Assembly (NCBI GenBank): GCA_013239625.1
Contig: MU054323.1
Location: 20,047,082 to 20,111,081 of the forward strand
Source of the DNA: Lama guanicoe
Taxonomy: Eukaryota
Direction: 5' to 3'
DNA length: 64,000 bases
Positions within the stretch are counted from its first letter, which is position 1, and the number at the start of each line of letters is the position of its first letter. Below are positions 23,801 through 37,256 of this stretch, piece by piece. A program made the position numbers and the translations under genes. The notes below the pieces were generated by a model. It ran no database searches. It worked only from the letters and a program-made list of their open reading frames with translations, and was not told where the DNA came from.

Positions 23801-25449
23801 TTAAGGAGGTCACAGTGGGAGAGAGAAAGAAGACATAAGAACAACTTCCCTGTCAACTATATTTCAATTTAAAAAAAGAAAAAAAAACCCTCTCTGTTTG
23901 TCCAAGTCCTGAAAGAAGGAAATTCAACTCATTTGCTAATGAATTCAGGCCACAGGAGTAAAACATAATTTCAACGTGTACTGAAATTGTGCTTTAATGC
24001 CTGTCTAAATGTTGAACCATAATAGCTTCTCTTTTTCACAATTTCTGTGGGAAACATACCATTTTATGCTTCTGGAATAGGGAAGTGTCATTCTCAGCAT
24101 GGGCCCACCATTAATATCTCCATCTTCCAGCCCCGCAGAGCTTTCTGTAGGCTTCTAACATCACGTTATGATTTTTACAGTCGAAAGCATAAACAAGTTC
24201 TACTGCTAATGACATGTCAGGTTTCCCACCCTGATTTAGACAACTGCTCCATCCAAGAGTTCACTGCCTTTCAACATCTCTGCTTGTGAAGTGACAACTT
24301 GCTCCTCTGAGAAACGTTTCACATGTCCTGACTGTTGTTCAGCAACCAGCTCACGTGAGCGGATCTGAGCGCTACCCCTGGATCTGGGCAAATCCCAGGA
24401 GGGGAAGTGGCCTCTGTCCACAGGCAGTGGGCACCAGGGAAGGGGCTGGACACCTGCTGCCTACCCACAGCCCAAACCCCCAGCAGTCCTTTGTGAGCCA
24501 GCCCTGAAGTCCAGGCCTCGCCCCTTGCAAGGGACAAAGGTCAAGCATGAGTGAGGTGGAACAAAGGCATCTCAAGCGGGGCACAGGCTGGGAAACAGGA
24601 GGGAGCAGTGGGTGAGGCCCTTCTGGTTAAAAACAAACAACTGAAAGATCCAGTAAGCCGGCAGCTTGGAGCCGCGTGTCTGAGCCAGACAATAAGCTTT
24701 TAAAATTCCAAAAAGTGCTAGCACCACGCAAGAACACTCTCCGATGTCAGAGCTCTGCCCTGGTCGTGTGGAAAGCACCAGGCCCCTAAGTGGTGGGGAG
24801 GCCTCTAAGTGGCAGGGAGGGCTGTGGGATGTCCCGGGTGGGAAGAGCACAGACACGCCAGCCCGGGAGATGCAGACCTGGACGGGCAGCTGGGCCAGGC
24901 CTGCTTAATTGATACAGGCTCCTAATGAGCAGGATAAACACCATTTGGGCCCATTTGCTGTGAAATGGACTGGGGTGTATGAGAAATCAGACTTGTATGG
25001 GCAGAAAACACACACGTCGGCAGAAAATAATGTGCTGGAAAAGTTTTAAATTGAAGACATGCCGTTCCGAGGGGTGCAGAGGCGTTAATGCTTATGTAAT
25101 CAATCATTTCATATTTTAAGATTGGGATTTTTTTTCTTTTAATTAATTAGCCAGTAGATTCATTATAGTACATTTTTCATGTCAAAAAGGCAGTGGGTTC
25201 TAAGAGAACGGGGGTGGGGGCCACAGGGGAGAAGTGACAGCAGCAGTAGTGATACGGTATACTGTGAAAAGTTCAGGGAACCACCGTCACCTCTCCTCAA
25301 AAATTCCCTGCGGAGGGACTAGTCAAAATGCATATCCAAGTCCGATGAATGCAAGACTCCACCGATGCTCACTTTTTCAGAACGTGCATTTAGCCCCTTT
25401 CCAAGAGTTGTAGCCTGCTCGGCCGATGGATTTGTCTTGCACTAGAAAG

Positions 25450-25690
25450 AGGGTGTAGCATGAAGGCTAACGATTGGGCTCTGAAGCCAACCACCCTGGG
25501 TTCCAGTCCTGACTGTGCCTTCTTAGCTGAAGACTTTGGGCAAGTCACTTAAACCTCAGTTTGCTGCTCTGTACAACGAAGATAATAGTAATACCTATCT
25601 CAGGGTTGTTGAGAGAAGAAAATAAAAGAATGCCTATAAGCTGCTTACTTAGGTGCCTGGCACACTGAAGACTCAAAAATGGTAGGTTTT
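25450..25690 (+). mobile_element. MIR SINE
   Basis: CCTGGGTTCCAGTCCTG...TTGGGCAAGTCACTTAA...GATAATAGTAATACCTATCTCAGGGTTGTTG...GTGCCTGGCAC. Confidence 0.85.
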
Positions 25691-25769
25691 AATTTCTAGA
25701 ACTTCTTTGTGAAACAGACCGCCCTTGACTGCTTCACAAAGCTTTGTGCAGTTGGGGGGCTGGGGGCTG

Positions 25770-26545
25770 GGTAAAAATACACAAAATGAATTTTAACATT
25801 TTAACCATTTCTAAGTGTGCAGTTCTGTGGCATTAAGTACACTCACATTGTTGGACAACCATCACCACCATCCACTTTCAAAACTTTTTTATCTTCCCCA
25901 ACCGGGACTCTGTACTCATTAAACAATAATTTCCCATTTCCCTTGGCAACTGCCATTTTACTTTCTGTTACTGTGAATTTGAATACTCTTAACAGCCTTA
26001 TATGAGAGGAATCATACAATATTTGTCCTTTGTGACTAGCTTATTTCACTTAGAATAATGTCTTCAAGGCTCATCCATGTTGTAGCATGTGTCAAAATGT
26101 CCTTCCTTTTTAAAGGGTGAATAATATTCCACTATATGTATATATCACATTTAGTTTACCCATTCATCCATCAATGGACACTTATGTTGTGTCCATCTTT
26201 TGGCTGCTGTGAATGATGCTGTTATGAACAAGGGTGTACAAATATTTCTTCAAAACCCTGCTTTCAATTCTTTTGAGTATATACCCAGAAATGGAATTGC
26301 TGGGTCATGGTAATTCCACTTAATTTCCTGAGGAATCATTGTATCATTTTCCACAGTGACTGCATCACTTTGCAATCCCACCAGCAATCCCCAGTATAGG
26401 CTTCTAATTTCTCCACATCCTTGCCAACTCTTATTTTCTGGATTTTTTTTCAATAGCCATCCTAATGGGTATGAAGTGGTATCTCATTGTGGTTTTGATT
26501 TGCATTTCCCTAATGACTAGTGATGTTGAGCATCTTTTCATGTCC
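25770..26545 (-). mobile_element. LINE-1 (L1MA/L1MB-like) 3' fragment
   Basis: Antisense L1 3' UTR and ORF2 end (GTGGTATCTCATTGTGGTTTTGATTTGCATTTCCCTAATGACTAGTGATGTTGAGCATCTTTTCATGT). Confidence 0.92.
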
Positions 26546-26625
26546 CACAGAGCTTTTTGATAGCAAATATAAAGGGGAAAGCATGGCAGAAACTCCTGGG
26601 TCCTGGGTACAAGAAGTGCTAAGAC

Positions 26626-26776
26626 GGGGGAGGGTATAGCTCAAGTGGTAGAGCACATGCTTAGCATATACAAGATCCTGGGTTCAATCCCCAGGACCTC
26701 CTCTAAAAATAAATAAATAAGTAAATCTAATTACCCCCCCAAAAATAAAATAATTAAAATAAAATATTTCTTTAAA
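26626..26776 (+). mobile_element. tRNA-Ala-derived SINE (camelid Vic-1 type), long form
   Basis: GGGGGAGGGTATAGCTCAAGTGGTAGAGC...GGTTCAATCCCCAG plus AT-rich tail. TSD AAGAAGTGCTAAGA (26611-26624) / AAGAAGTGTTAAAA (26777-26790). Confidence 0.92.
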
Positions 26777-27611
26777 AAGAAGTGTTAAAAATGAGGGAAT
26801 AGAAGTTTGCACACTTTACATGTTCTATGAGAAGGGAGGATGAGGGGGTGAAATTATAGGTGTTTTACTTTTGTATTTTTCAATATTTCTATAATAAATG
26901 TGTTGCTTTTGTAAAAACAGAAAATATTTTTTAAAAAAACAACCTTGGTAACATTTGCAACTATGTTTAACTTCGTAAGTTAATAGGTTCAAGGTACACA
27001 GACCAAGAGATACAAGCCATACATATTTGAACTGAAGCCTTTCTACTGCTGTATCGCATCCAATTTGGCAAGGACACGTGAGAATTAACTCTAGGGCTCC
27101 GCCTCTCTGGCCAGAAACAGCCTGCACCTGCCCTAGGGTCTGCTAGGACGCCAAAGGGGAAGACCAGAGAGGAAGATATACTCTTGCTGCCACGAGGCTT
27201 ACAGTCTTGTCGCCGCTCACATGGAACAGTCAGGGCACCGCAGAGGGCTTAACGGTTGTGTGGAAGTGATCTAGGTACTTTGGAGGCAAGACTGCCCAGA
27301 GTCTGCCACAGGTTGAGAACCTCTCCTGGAGGGGTGGCAGCAGTGTGAGCGGGGTCTGAGCTGACCTCGAAGATGAGGAGAATTAAATGGGTGTGTCAGG
27401 GAGGGAGTCAGGCAGCACTGTAGGCTCTGGGGACCGCATGCTGCAAGGCCCTAGGTGAAGTGAGGAAGGGCTGTGCTGGCACAGAAAGGACACTGCCTGG
27501 CAGGAGGTGAGGCACAAGTTCAGAGAGATTCAAACGATGAGACAGGAAATACAGTAGCCTTTTGGCCTTGACTTCAAAATTCATACCTGTTCATCAAAGA
27601 ATTTGTGACTA

Positions 27612-27818
27612 TGAGATTTGCAAATATTGACTACTATACATAAAATAGATACAAAAAACAAATTTCTTCTGTACAGCACAGGGAACTATATTCAATATCT
27701 TGTAGTAACCTATAATGAAAAAGAATAGGAAAAGGAATATATTTATATATATATGACTGAAACATTATGCTGTACACCAGAATTTGGCACATTGTAACTG
27801 ACTATACTTCAATTAAAA
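27612..27818 (+). mobile_element. Severely 5'-truncated young L1 (3' UTR end only)
   Basis: Ends in CTGACTATACTTCAATTAAAAAA. TSD AAAGAATTTGTGACTA (27596-27611) / AAAGAATTTGTGATTA (27819-27834). Confidence 0.92.
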
Positions 27819-28843
27819 AAAGAATTTGTGATTAGATAGAGATAGAGATAAAAAGATACTTTTTTAAACCAAAATATAATGATGTTATTACTATTCTACA
27901 ACTTTCTCAGTGGTACTCATATGTCACCAAGATATCTGTCTTCACATACACTTATCAATATGCCCCATTTTTATGAATGTGACATCACTTGTTTGATCAG
28001 GCCCCTACTGATGAACAATTGTCCACATTTTATCATAGTAAAGGGTGCTGTAATAAATGTCTTTGCACACACTCCTCTACATACTCATAGTAGAAGTGAG
28101 ATTGCTGGATGGATGAGGATGTGAATTTAAACTGTGTGAGGTATGGTCAAGTTACCCTCTGGAGAGGATGCAGCCATTCCCCCATCCTCCACCAGCCCCG
28201 GGCCGCATGGGAGGAGTGTGGGCTGAGGTGTGGAGCCCCAGCCACTGTCCTCTCTCATGGCTTAGCCTCACTTAAGCCTCATTCGCTGTCAGCAATGAGG
28301 ATGAAGAACACACATCAACAGCTGCTGTGGGTGCTACATCAGAGAGTCCATCTCCAGGTGCCTGGGACACCATAAGCACCCCTCTGCCATTATTCTCTTA
28401 GAAAGTTCAGCTAATTTGGTAGGCAAAAAATAATACTTTGTTGTTGTTTGAATTTGCATTTCTTAAGCCATTAAGGTGATCATGGCAATTTCTTCTAAGA
28501 GTGTTGCTGGATTCTCATGGATGTATTCATTTGGCCAGCGGACTGTGAAAGTCACAGGGCTCTCCAGAGTGTCCAGTGCAGAGGCAGTTGCCTGCTCCCA
28601 GGGCTGACCCAGGAAGGACCTACATTGGCCACAGGGGGCTGTGCCTCTAGGGGGCATTCTCACCATCTAGACCAACCCTTCTTCACCCACAGGGCTGCCC
28701 CGTGGCTAAGCTGAGAGGACCAGGACACGAGGTAGCTGAGGATTAGAAGGGCTCAGTTTTCGAAGGGACTGGGAAACTGAGGGAGGGTCTCTGGAGGCCT
28801 CAGGCCCACCCTTGACGGGGCCTCTGCCCAATTCAGCTACTGG

Positions 28844-29048
28844 TAGGGTTGCCAGGTTTAACAAATAGTAATATGAAACATTCTGTTAAATTTGAAGTTC
28901 AGAAACAACAAACAAATTTTCAGTATAAGTATATCCCAAATACTGCAGGGGACATACTTCTATCAAACAGTCTTAATTTTTAAAAAATTAGTTATAATTT
29001 ATCTGAAATTCAAATTTAACTGGGTATGCTGTATTTTTATCTGGTAAC
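28844..29048. mobile_element. MER53-like hAT MITE
   Basis: Terminal inverted repeats TAGGGTTGCCAG...CTGGTAAC and internal inverted GTTAAATTTGAA / TTCAAATTTAAC. Confidence 0.85.
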
Positions 29049-29071
29049 AGATTTTTTTTTTAATTAACCTC

Positions 29072-29515
29072 ATGTCTTAGTCTCCTATTGCTGCTGTAAA
29101 AAATTACAATTTCAGTGGCTTAAAATAATACAAATTGACTCTCTTATAATTCTGGAGGCCAGAAGTCCAAAATCAGTTTCACTGGACTAAAGCCAAGGTG
29201 TTCGTAGGACTGGTTCCTTTTCCAGATTCTAGAAGATATCTTCACTTCTGGGTTTATGGCCCCTTCCTCTGTCTTCAAAGCTAGTAGTGATGCATCTTTA
29301 AATCACCCTAACTCTGATATTTCTGCTTCCTTCTTATAAGAACTCCTGTGATTGCATAGGGTTCACTTGGATATTCCAAGATAAATCCCCCCATCTCAAG
29401 ATCTATAATTTAATCACATCTGCAGAGTCTTTTACCATAAGACATAACACATTCACAGGTTCTGGGGATTAGGATGTTTACATCTTTGGGGAGCCACTAT
29501 TCAATCTATTCCACC
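29072..29515 (-). mobile_element. MaLR solo LTR (MLT1C/D-like)
   Basis: TGTCTTAGT...TTCTGGAGGCCAGAAGTCCAAAATCAG...TTAATCACATCTGCA...TTCACAGGTTCTGGGGATTAGGA. Confidence 0.88.
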
Positions 29516-31341
29516 TGCCTGACAACCATCACACATTACATGGTTTCTACTGCAAAAGGCATTTTGAGTTCCTAACTCCAATACCAATTTTCTTCCCCCA
29601 TCCACTTGATAGTACTTGGCATTCTATATGGTAACTATTTCACTAACGTCCGTCTCTGTCTCCCTACTCTCCTACTTTGAGGGTAGAGACAATAGCTATT
29701 CATCTCAAGTCTGCCCTGTGTTTGACGCTTTGATGACTGACCCATGTGCTGAGCAAATGCTTATTGAAAACATATTGTATTGTAAATTAAGATGTCCCTC
29801 TAACAATAGTATTTACATTATGGAAATAAACAAGAAAAGGTGTGTTGGGTGAGAATGTGACTCAATGGAAGGGAGATGAGCTCTGGACCAGAATTCTGAG
29901 CAGCAAAAGTAGAAGCACGGAGAGACTTGGGTTGGAGAGGAAAGAGTGAGGTGGAAAGGCAGGGGTGTCCCCAAACACGGCCTCTCCCTGGGTCCCAAGT
30001 GCAGACAGCATAAATCTGGGAGGTAGTTGTGAGTGTGGTAGGGTTCCCCAAGCACACCTGGAGGCAAGGGTTTACATGTTAGCACTTTATCTGGGAAGTG
30101 ATCCCAGGAAGCACTAAGAGCGGGGAGTGCAGTAATGAGACTGGAAGGGATAAAGCCAAGTGAGACTTTGTTGATGGGCACTGCAGGTACCTGGGGCCCA
30201 AACTCCTGGGGGCCCTTCAGGATTGCCCCACAGAGATAGAGCTCCAGAGAAATTTGTTGCCCTTGCTTGGGCTGTGCATATGAGAACTGTTTACAGGGAA
30301 CCTGAGCAGGGGCCCCAAAGGCATATGGCAGGACCAATGTTGTCTGTTCAACCTGGTTATTACCATGAAGCGAGCAGGCTGACATGGATATACACCTTTG
30401 ACTTTATTTACTTTTGTAATATTTTTAAATTTTATGAAATTTTACAAAAAAAGAATATTTTCCTTATGTAAAAAAATATAATCACAGTTCCTCAGAGTCT
30501 GTCTCTGCTCATCAACTGTCTCTTCTCAAAGGAAAATAAATATCAGTAATTATAAGTTCTGTTAGGATATAAACTCTTCTCTTTTCTTGCTATAATGGAT
30601 TTTGTTTTTATCTGTTTTCAGACAGTGAATATCCCACCCTGGGACTTGTCTATGTGACTGTCTGCATTCACTCCTGGAGTGTTGGGCTATGAAGAAAGAG
30701 GCCATCAAACCAGCTGCAGTAAGTGACAGGACCTTCTGAATATGAAGAATTTGAGTGAACGGCCAGGCTCTGTGTCCCTGTGGGGTCCCCAGTAACAAGA
30801 AAGCCCGTCCCTACCAGCAGTCCCTGTGGTCACTCCCAGATGCAGATGCAGAATAAAAGCCCTCCTGGGGACACCTGGGTTTGGGTAGATAAGGGTTTCA
30901 TGAATCAGACCAGAAGCATCACAACCTAAAGGCACCAGCGTCACCTCTCTTGTCTAGTTTCTTGAAGAGAAATGGAAAGAATATGAAAAACTTTTTTCAT
31001 TTATTCACCCCACGAATTCATATAGAATCTCCCAGGGGCCAGGCACTGTGCTAAGTGCTCAATCAAAGGTTAAGTATGAATTCCTTCTTCCAGGAGGAAT
31101 AGAATGTGGGGTTCCTGGGTTGCTACCTGGTCTGCTCTGAAACAGAACAAATAAGGGTGGGGAGGAAACAGAGAGGAAGGGGAGAGGGAGCAAATAATCC
31201 CCATGCAAGAGAAGTCCTGCAGTCACAGCCGATTGCCCACCGCTGACCGACTGCTGGTGACCGACCAAGTTTACAAAGACAAGGTATCACATTCTACCTA
31301 AAACCTTAAGGAACATGATGCTTCCATAAATAAGCATCACG

Positions 31342-31363
31342 CACACACACACACACACACACA
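31342..31363 (+). repeat. (CA)11 microsatellite
   Basis: Directly visible. Confidence 0.9.
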
Positions 31364-33671
31364 CTTTTCCAGAATGTTCTACTAGCCTGTCACATATAGT
31401 GGAGAGGGAGGACTGCATTTTTGTTCACTTTGGCAAATCTAAATTTGGAGCTAGAGTCTCATCACAAAGCCTGCCTCGCAGACCCTGGTCCCCATCCAGC
31501 CCATGTCCCTCCTGCTACAGGCCCCGGCAGCAGGGGAAACAGGTCAACCCACTAACACAGGCTAGAACCAAGGCCTGGGGCCCCCCACCAGTGATCCCCT
31601 GACTGCTCACCCTTCTGCCCATCCACTGAGCAATCTGTCATGCAAAAACATTTGGCATTCAGTTTTCAGGGGATGAGCACCAACTGCAAAATATTTACCA
31701 ACCGAAAGTCAAGCTTCGGCATAAAATTGGTTGCCTCTTCAGTGAATTAGACTCAATTAGCTGCCTCCTTATCTTAGTCGTGTATTGGAATAATCAGTGA
31801 TGCCCTCCTCTGCCCACATCTATGTAAGGGAGTTCAAGGAAGAGAGTTTGAGGGACATTTGGTAGGAAATGCGGTTGGCAGAATACTGCTACAAGCTGAT
31901 CATCTCCTTAGTGGCAAAAGTTGGCTCTTCCTCCAAATTTACTTCCACTAAGGATTTCACCCCCTGCCCTCCCTGCACGAACACTCAGCACTCTGAGAAC
32001 TGCAGGAGACCACTCTGCTCCGACAACCTTCTCTGCCACTGACATTATCTCCTAATTATCTTCTCAGCAGTGATGGCTGGGTACCAGTCCTCAACTGGCG
32101 CAAGATGATTATAATACCCAGTCTGATGGGGAGGAAAGAAAATTCTGTTGTTCTTTGAGTTTCTTGGGGCGGATACCATTCTTCCAAAGGAGCCTAAGTA
32201 ATATTCACAATAATCAGAAGGCAAAAAACACACACATTAACTTCAAACGACCATTACTCAGAAAACAATACCACGTGTTTTTCAGCCAGATGAGTATGTT
32301 TATGTAAGAGGGTGATCCTTGTCCTTAGCAGAGCTTCCAAGAACCAGAGCCATTAAGTTAATGGCCTGAAACAGAGCCCAAAAGACCCTTGTTTGTTCCA
32401 TGACACATGCCCCGGGTGGTGGGATGCACTGCAGTCTTCAAAAAAGAATTTTTTTTTTTTTAGGAACAAATGACTTTTTCCAACAGCCTTGAGCTATGCA
32501 GCTGCAGTCTGTGGTAAGCTTTGTGAGGGGAAGAGGCCAGTTTGGCCTGGAAATCAAGACAAGGTGTTTAAAGGTCGACTTCAGTGTCCGTCCTTAGAGA
32601 ACGAAGGCTGCAAGTCACACCTCGCGTCCCTGCCCCAGCCTCCAGCCCTTTCTCTGGTCTCTGGTCACCTCTTCTCTCCATAGCCAGCGTAGAGCCAGCA
32701 GGTCAGATAAATAGAGCCTACTACCCGAGCCTGGGCTTGCTCCCCAGGCTTTCAGAAGCCAGCCAAGCTGGTGGTACAAGGGAAACCACTAAAGGGCTGC
32801 GAATGGGCTGCGCTTCCCCAGCAACGGGAACACCACCCAGAGCGTCGGCAGGCCTGACACCTTGGGGTAGGGACCACACACATGGAGTTCCACTGCAGGT
32901 CGGTAAGCCGCCCTCCCAGACTCTTCCTCCCTGGGGACTCTCTGGAGACAGCCCTGAGGAAGGACAAAGGCCCGAGAGTTCTGTGCAAGGCGCACTGCAA
33001 AGCCTCTTAGTTCTCAGATACATGGACAAGAGCTCTGAGACCTCCAGGCTGGAGCGGCTGTGTGGGCTTGCTGTCAGTGGGAGTCAGGGATGGATCTCAG
33101 TTTCTGGTTTGACTCTGAACTTACTGCGCAGTTGTCTAAACATAACCTAGTTCTTTGGGACCCTTTTCTTTCATTTTGCAAAAATAAAGTTATTAGAGCA
33201 ACCTCCCAAGCCATCTGCTTGCTTCCTGCTCATTAAACCGCAGAATTGCTCAGGTGAAAGGAACTGTCTAAATTAAAAACCAGCATTAATGATTCTATTA
33301 GTGGCTTTATGAGAAGAAATGGTGGATGAGTATATCAAAAGGCTGAAGCTTCCTTTCCCCTCTCCTACCCACTTGCCTCCCCCAGCTCTCTGCAGGGCAC
33401 CCGCCTCGCCAGTTTCTGGAGTGTGGTCATTAGCAAGGCTGCCACTGCCACTCCAGGAAGCTGGGACACATGGGCCATCAGCTGGGCTGCCAGTGTCATT
33501 TACGACTTCAGGCCTGGGCTATTTTTTGTAAATAATTGGAGGAACAAATGCTTCTCTCATGCTAGTCTTTCCTCAGTCCCTCCTCAAATCAGTTCAACAA
33601 AGATTTGTTGGCCAGTTACTAAGCATCAGAGGAAGAGAGAAAAAGGTAATCCCAATGAAGAAATATTGATT

Positions 33672-34113
33672 AATGAAATAATGCCATTTGCAGCAACATG
33701 GATAGACCTGGAAATAGTCATTCTAAGTGAAGTAAGCCAGGAAGAAAGATACCATAGGATATCACTTGTATGTGGTATCCAAAAAAAAAAAGACACAAAT
33801 GAACTTATTTACAAAACAGAAACAGACTCATAGACATAGAAAACAAACTTATGGTTACCATGGGAAAAGGAGGTAGGAAGGGGTAAACTGGAAGCTCGAG
33901 ATTTGCAGACACTAACTACTGTATATAAAACAGATAAACAACAAGGTCCTACTGTACAGCACAGGGAACTATATTCAATACCTTGTAATGGCCTATAACG
34001 AAAAAGAGTATGAAAAGGAATATATGTACATATATGTATGACCAAAACATTATGCTGTACACCAGAAATTGACACATTACTACATAAACTGACTATATTT
34101 CAGTTAAAAAAGA
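33672..34113 (+). mobile_element. 5'-truncated young L1 3' end
   Basis: Encodes the ORF2 terminus NEIMPFAATWIDLEIVILSEVSQ (inside ORF 33423..33833), then 3' UTR and A tail. Degenerate TSD AAGAAATATTGATTA / AAGCAATACTGATCA. Confidence 0.95.
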
Positions 34114-35714
34114 AAAGCAATACTGATCATTATCGAAGATAGGGAAGGCTCTGAGGCTGGCCCTGAGGATGCCAGCACGAATGTCACAAGGCCCGCCTTT
34201 GAGATGCTAACAAAGACACAGTCCTCACCCTCAAAGAATGTACAGCCCCAGAGACAGGTGGTACGTGCCAGTCAACCAGCTGTGACACAGGACACAACAG
34301 ACAGGGCCAAGGCCAAATGCTTAAGGCAGCAGAGGGAGCCCTTCTCAAGTTAGGGACAAGGAAGCCTCACAGACGCGGAAGCCCCTGAGCTGGACTGGGA
34401 AAGAGGCACAGGATTGTAGCAGGGGAAAGAAGGTGACTCGGGAAGGTGATGCAAAAAGTCCCAGTGTCAGCAAAGCAGAGCATGCAGAGGAGCAAGGACA
34501 GACAGGTTGTGTCCGCAGGTCAGGCCACACAGGGAGGTCTCGGAGGCCACGCTGGAGAGTCTGAATCTGACTCTTAATGTGCCAGGAGCCGGGGGAAGTT
34601 TCAGAGCGGAAGGCCTCCATCAGATGTTCTTGCTTCCTCTAACTGAAGTCCCCTCGCCCCCTGCTTAGGGCCTTCCCACCTTCCGGGGGTGAGAGTAGAG
34701 TGGGGAGGGGGCCACAGCCCAGCCTCCAGCTCTCCCCTCCCCCGCGGGAGAGTGCAGGGGAGGCAGGGACTAGGATTCAAACACCTGGGTCAGTTCCGAC
34801 CCTGATCACACTGGTGTGTGACACCAGGCTAGTACGGTCCCCTTCTGGTCTGAATTTCCTCTTCTGGAATTGAGAATGCTGCACAAGTTCACTCCGAGGT
34901 TCCTCCCACTCCGAGCACCCCGTCGTGATTTCGCCACTTGGGGACAGGGATGGGTCCTGGGCTCCAGCTCGGCCTCTCCTAGTTCTGCAGTGGAAAGGAA
35001 GGTCCAGGGGAAAGACCAGAACTGTCCTTCACAGCTGCTCACGCACCTGTGTGCCAAGACACACCAGTCTGCACATCTATGGTCAGCTTACCAGCCAGCA
35101 GCTGGTAGTGGTGGCAGCAGGAACCAACAAACCCAGAACCACAAATAATAACCACCAGTTTTCTGAGCTTGTGCAGTGTGTGCTGTGTTCTTGACATACA
35201 TTATGTCTATTTAATTAAACCTCATGACAGTTTGAGGGCTAGGTATACTGCAAATGAGATAACACTGGCCAAGAGAGGTTAAGTAAAACTGCCCAGAGTC
35301 ACAGCCCCACAAGTGGTGGAGCGGACCTCTCCACCCCATCCCACACACCAGGCCCAGACTCATCCTTCCTAAGCACAGTTTTGCTCTTGTTCCAAAGCCT
35401 ACTCACTCCCCAGCAAATAGAATCCAGACTTCTTAGCATGGCACTTTCACGACCTACTATATGTTCCCAGCCTTATTTCCACTCCCCAATCCCTGAGTTA
35501 CCTGTCACTCTGAGACTCCGCCCTGCGTGTTGTTGTCCTTACGTTGTTGGCCTTAACTCCCCTTGCCCCTCCAAGTAGAATGTCCCTGTGCCCAACTGTG
35601 CCTGTCAGAACCCCACCTGCCTGTAGGCATCACCTCAGTGTCCGCTCCCCAAAAGCTGCAGCCTCTCCATCTAGCCCTGTGCTTGTCCTTCACCCAGATC
35701 CTCACTTAATGTGC

Positions 35715-35845
35715 TATCAGCATTTTGAACCAGAAAACTTTTTGTTGTATGGAATTCTTCCCAAGATTGTAGGACAGTCAGCATCTTTGGACCTGACCAA
35801 AAGATGAACTCCAGTGATTATGACAATTAAAATAATACCCCTCAC
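35715..35845. mobile_element. MER20-like DNA transposon, left part (continues at ~37257-37310)
   Basis: TTGTTGTATGG...GATTGTAGGA...AGCATC...TGACAATTAAAA resembles MER20; split by the L1 that follows. Confidence 0.55.
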
Positions 35846-36333
35846 CTGAAACCATAAAGCTCCTAGAAGGAAACATTGGCAATAAGCTTCTTGATGTCAG
35901 CTTTGAGTATAATTCTTTGGATTTGACACCAAAAGCAAAAATAAACAAGTGAGACTACATCAAGCTAAAAAGCTTCTGCATAGAAAAGGAAACCGTCAAC
36001 AAGATGAAAAGACAACCTACCGAATGGGAAAAAATATTTGCAAATCATATGGTTGATAAAGGGTTAACATCAAAATTGAAAAAAAAAAAACTCATGCAAC
36101 TCAATAGCAAAAAAACAAACAATACAATTTAAAAATAGGCAGAATTTCTGAATAGACATTTTTCCAAGGAAGACCTACCGATGGCCAACAGATACATGAA
36201 AAGGTGATCAACATCACTAATCATCAGGAAAAAGCAAATCAAAACCATGATGAGAATGTTTATATCTAATAACTGAATTACTGTGCTGTGTACCAGAAAC
36301 CAGTACATTGTACATTGTAAATCAACCATACTT

Positions 36334-36381
<48 letters not shown>

Positions 36382-37256
36382 GAGATATCACCCCATACCT
36401 GTTAGAATGGCTACTGTCAAAAAGAGCAAATAAAAAGTGTTGCTGAGGTTAAGGAGAAAAGGGAACCCTCATGCACTGTGGGAATATAGGAATCTAAGTT
36501 GGTGCAACCACTATTGAAAATAGTCCAGAGGTTCCTCAAAAAATTAAAGATACAACTACCATACAACCCAGTAATCCCATTTCTGGGTATTTACTAGAAG
36601 AAAATGAAAACACTAACTTGAAAAAGAGATATCTATACCTGTGTTTCCAGCAGCATTATTTATAATAGCCAAGATATGGAAACAACCTAAGTGTCCATCA
36701 ATGAAGGAAAAAAGAGAATGTGATGAATATATACACACAATGGAATAGTATCCAGCCATAAAAAAGAATGAAATCTTGCCATTTGCAACAACATAGTTGA
36801 ACCCTGAGGGTATTACACTAAATGAAATAAGTCAGAGAAAGACAAATACTATATGATATCACTTATATGTAGAATCTAACAACAGCAACAAAACAAAACC
36901 CACAAGCTCACAGATGTAAAAAACAGATTGGTGGTTGCCAGAAGTGGGATGGGGGTAAAGGTGGCTGGCAAAATGGGTGAGGGTATCAAAAGGTACAAAC
37001 TTAATGTACAGCATGGTAACTGTACTGCATATTTGAAAGTTGCTATGGGAGTCAAATCTTAAAAGTTCTCATCACAAGAAAAACTATTTTTTGTTACTAT
37101 ATAATGTGACTGCTGCTAACTATTAACTAGACTTATTGTGATCACTTCACAATATATCCAAATCGCAAATCATTATGTTATATACCTGAAACAAATATAA
37201 TGTTACATATCAAGGATACCTCAATTTTTTTAAATCTCATAAAGAAACAATAAAAT
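35846..37256 (+). mobile_element. 5'-truncated L1 (ORF2 3' part plus 3' UTR) containing a nested insert
   Basis: Continuous L1 ORF2 and 3' UTR similarity. TSD AAAATAATACCCCTCAC (35829-35845) / AAAATGATTCCCCTCAC (37257-37273). Confidence 0.95.
36337..36378 (+). repeat. (AC)21 microsatellite
   Basis: Directly visible; perfect repeat. Confidence 0.95.

Noticed and set aside
29813..30385. 190-aa minus-strand ORF, the longest in the window
   Set aside because: No recognisable domain; overlaps LTR-like sequence; no supporting gene structure.
32584..33150. 188-aa ORF with several overlapping ORFs on both strands
   Set aside because: GC-rich, stop-poor sequence with a non-ATG start and no homology I can recognise.
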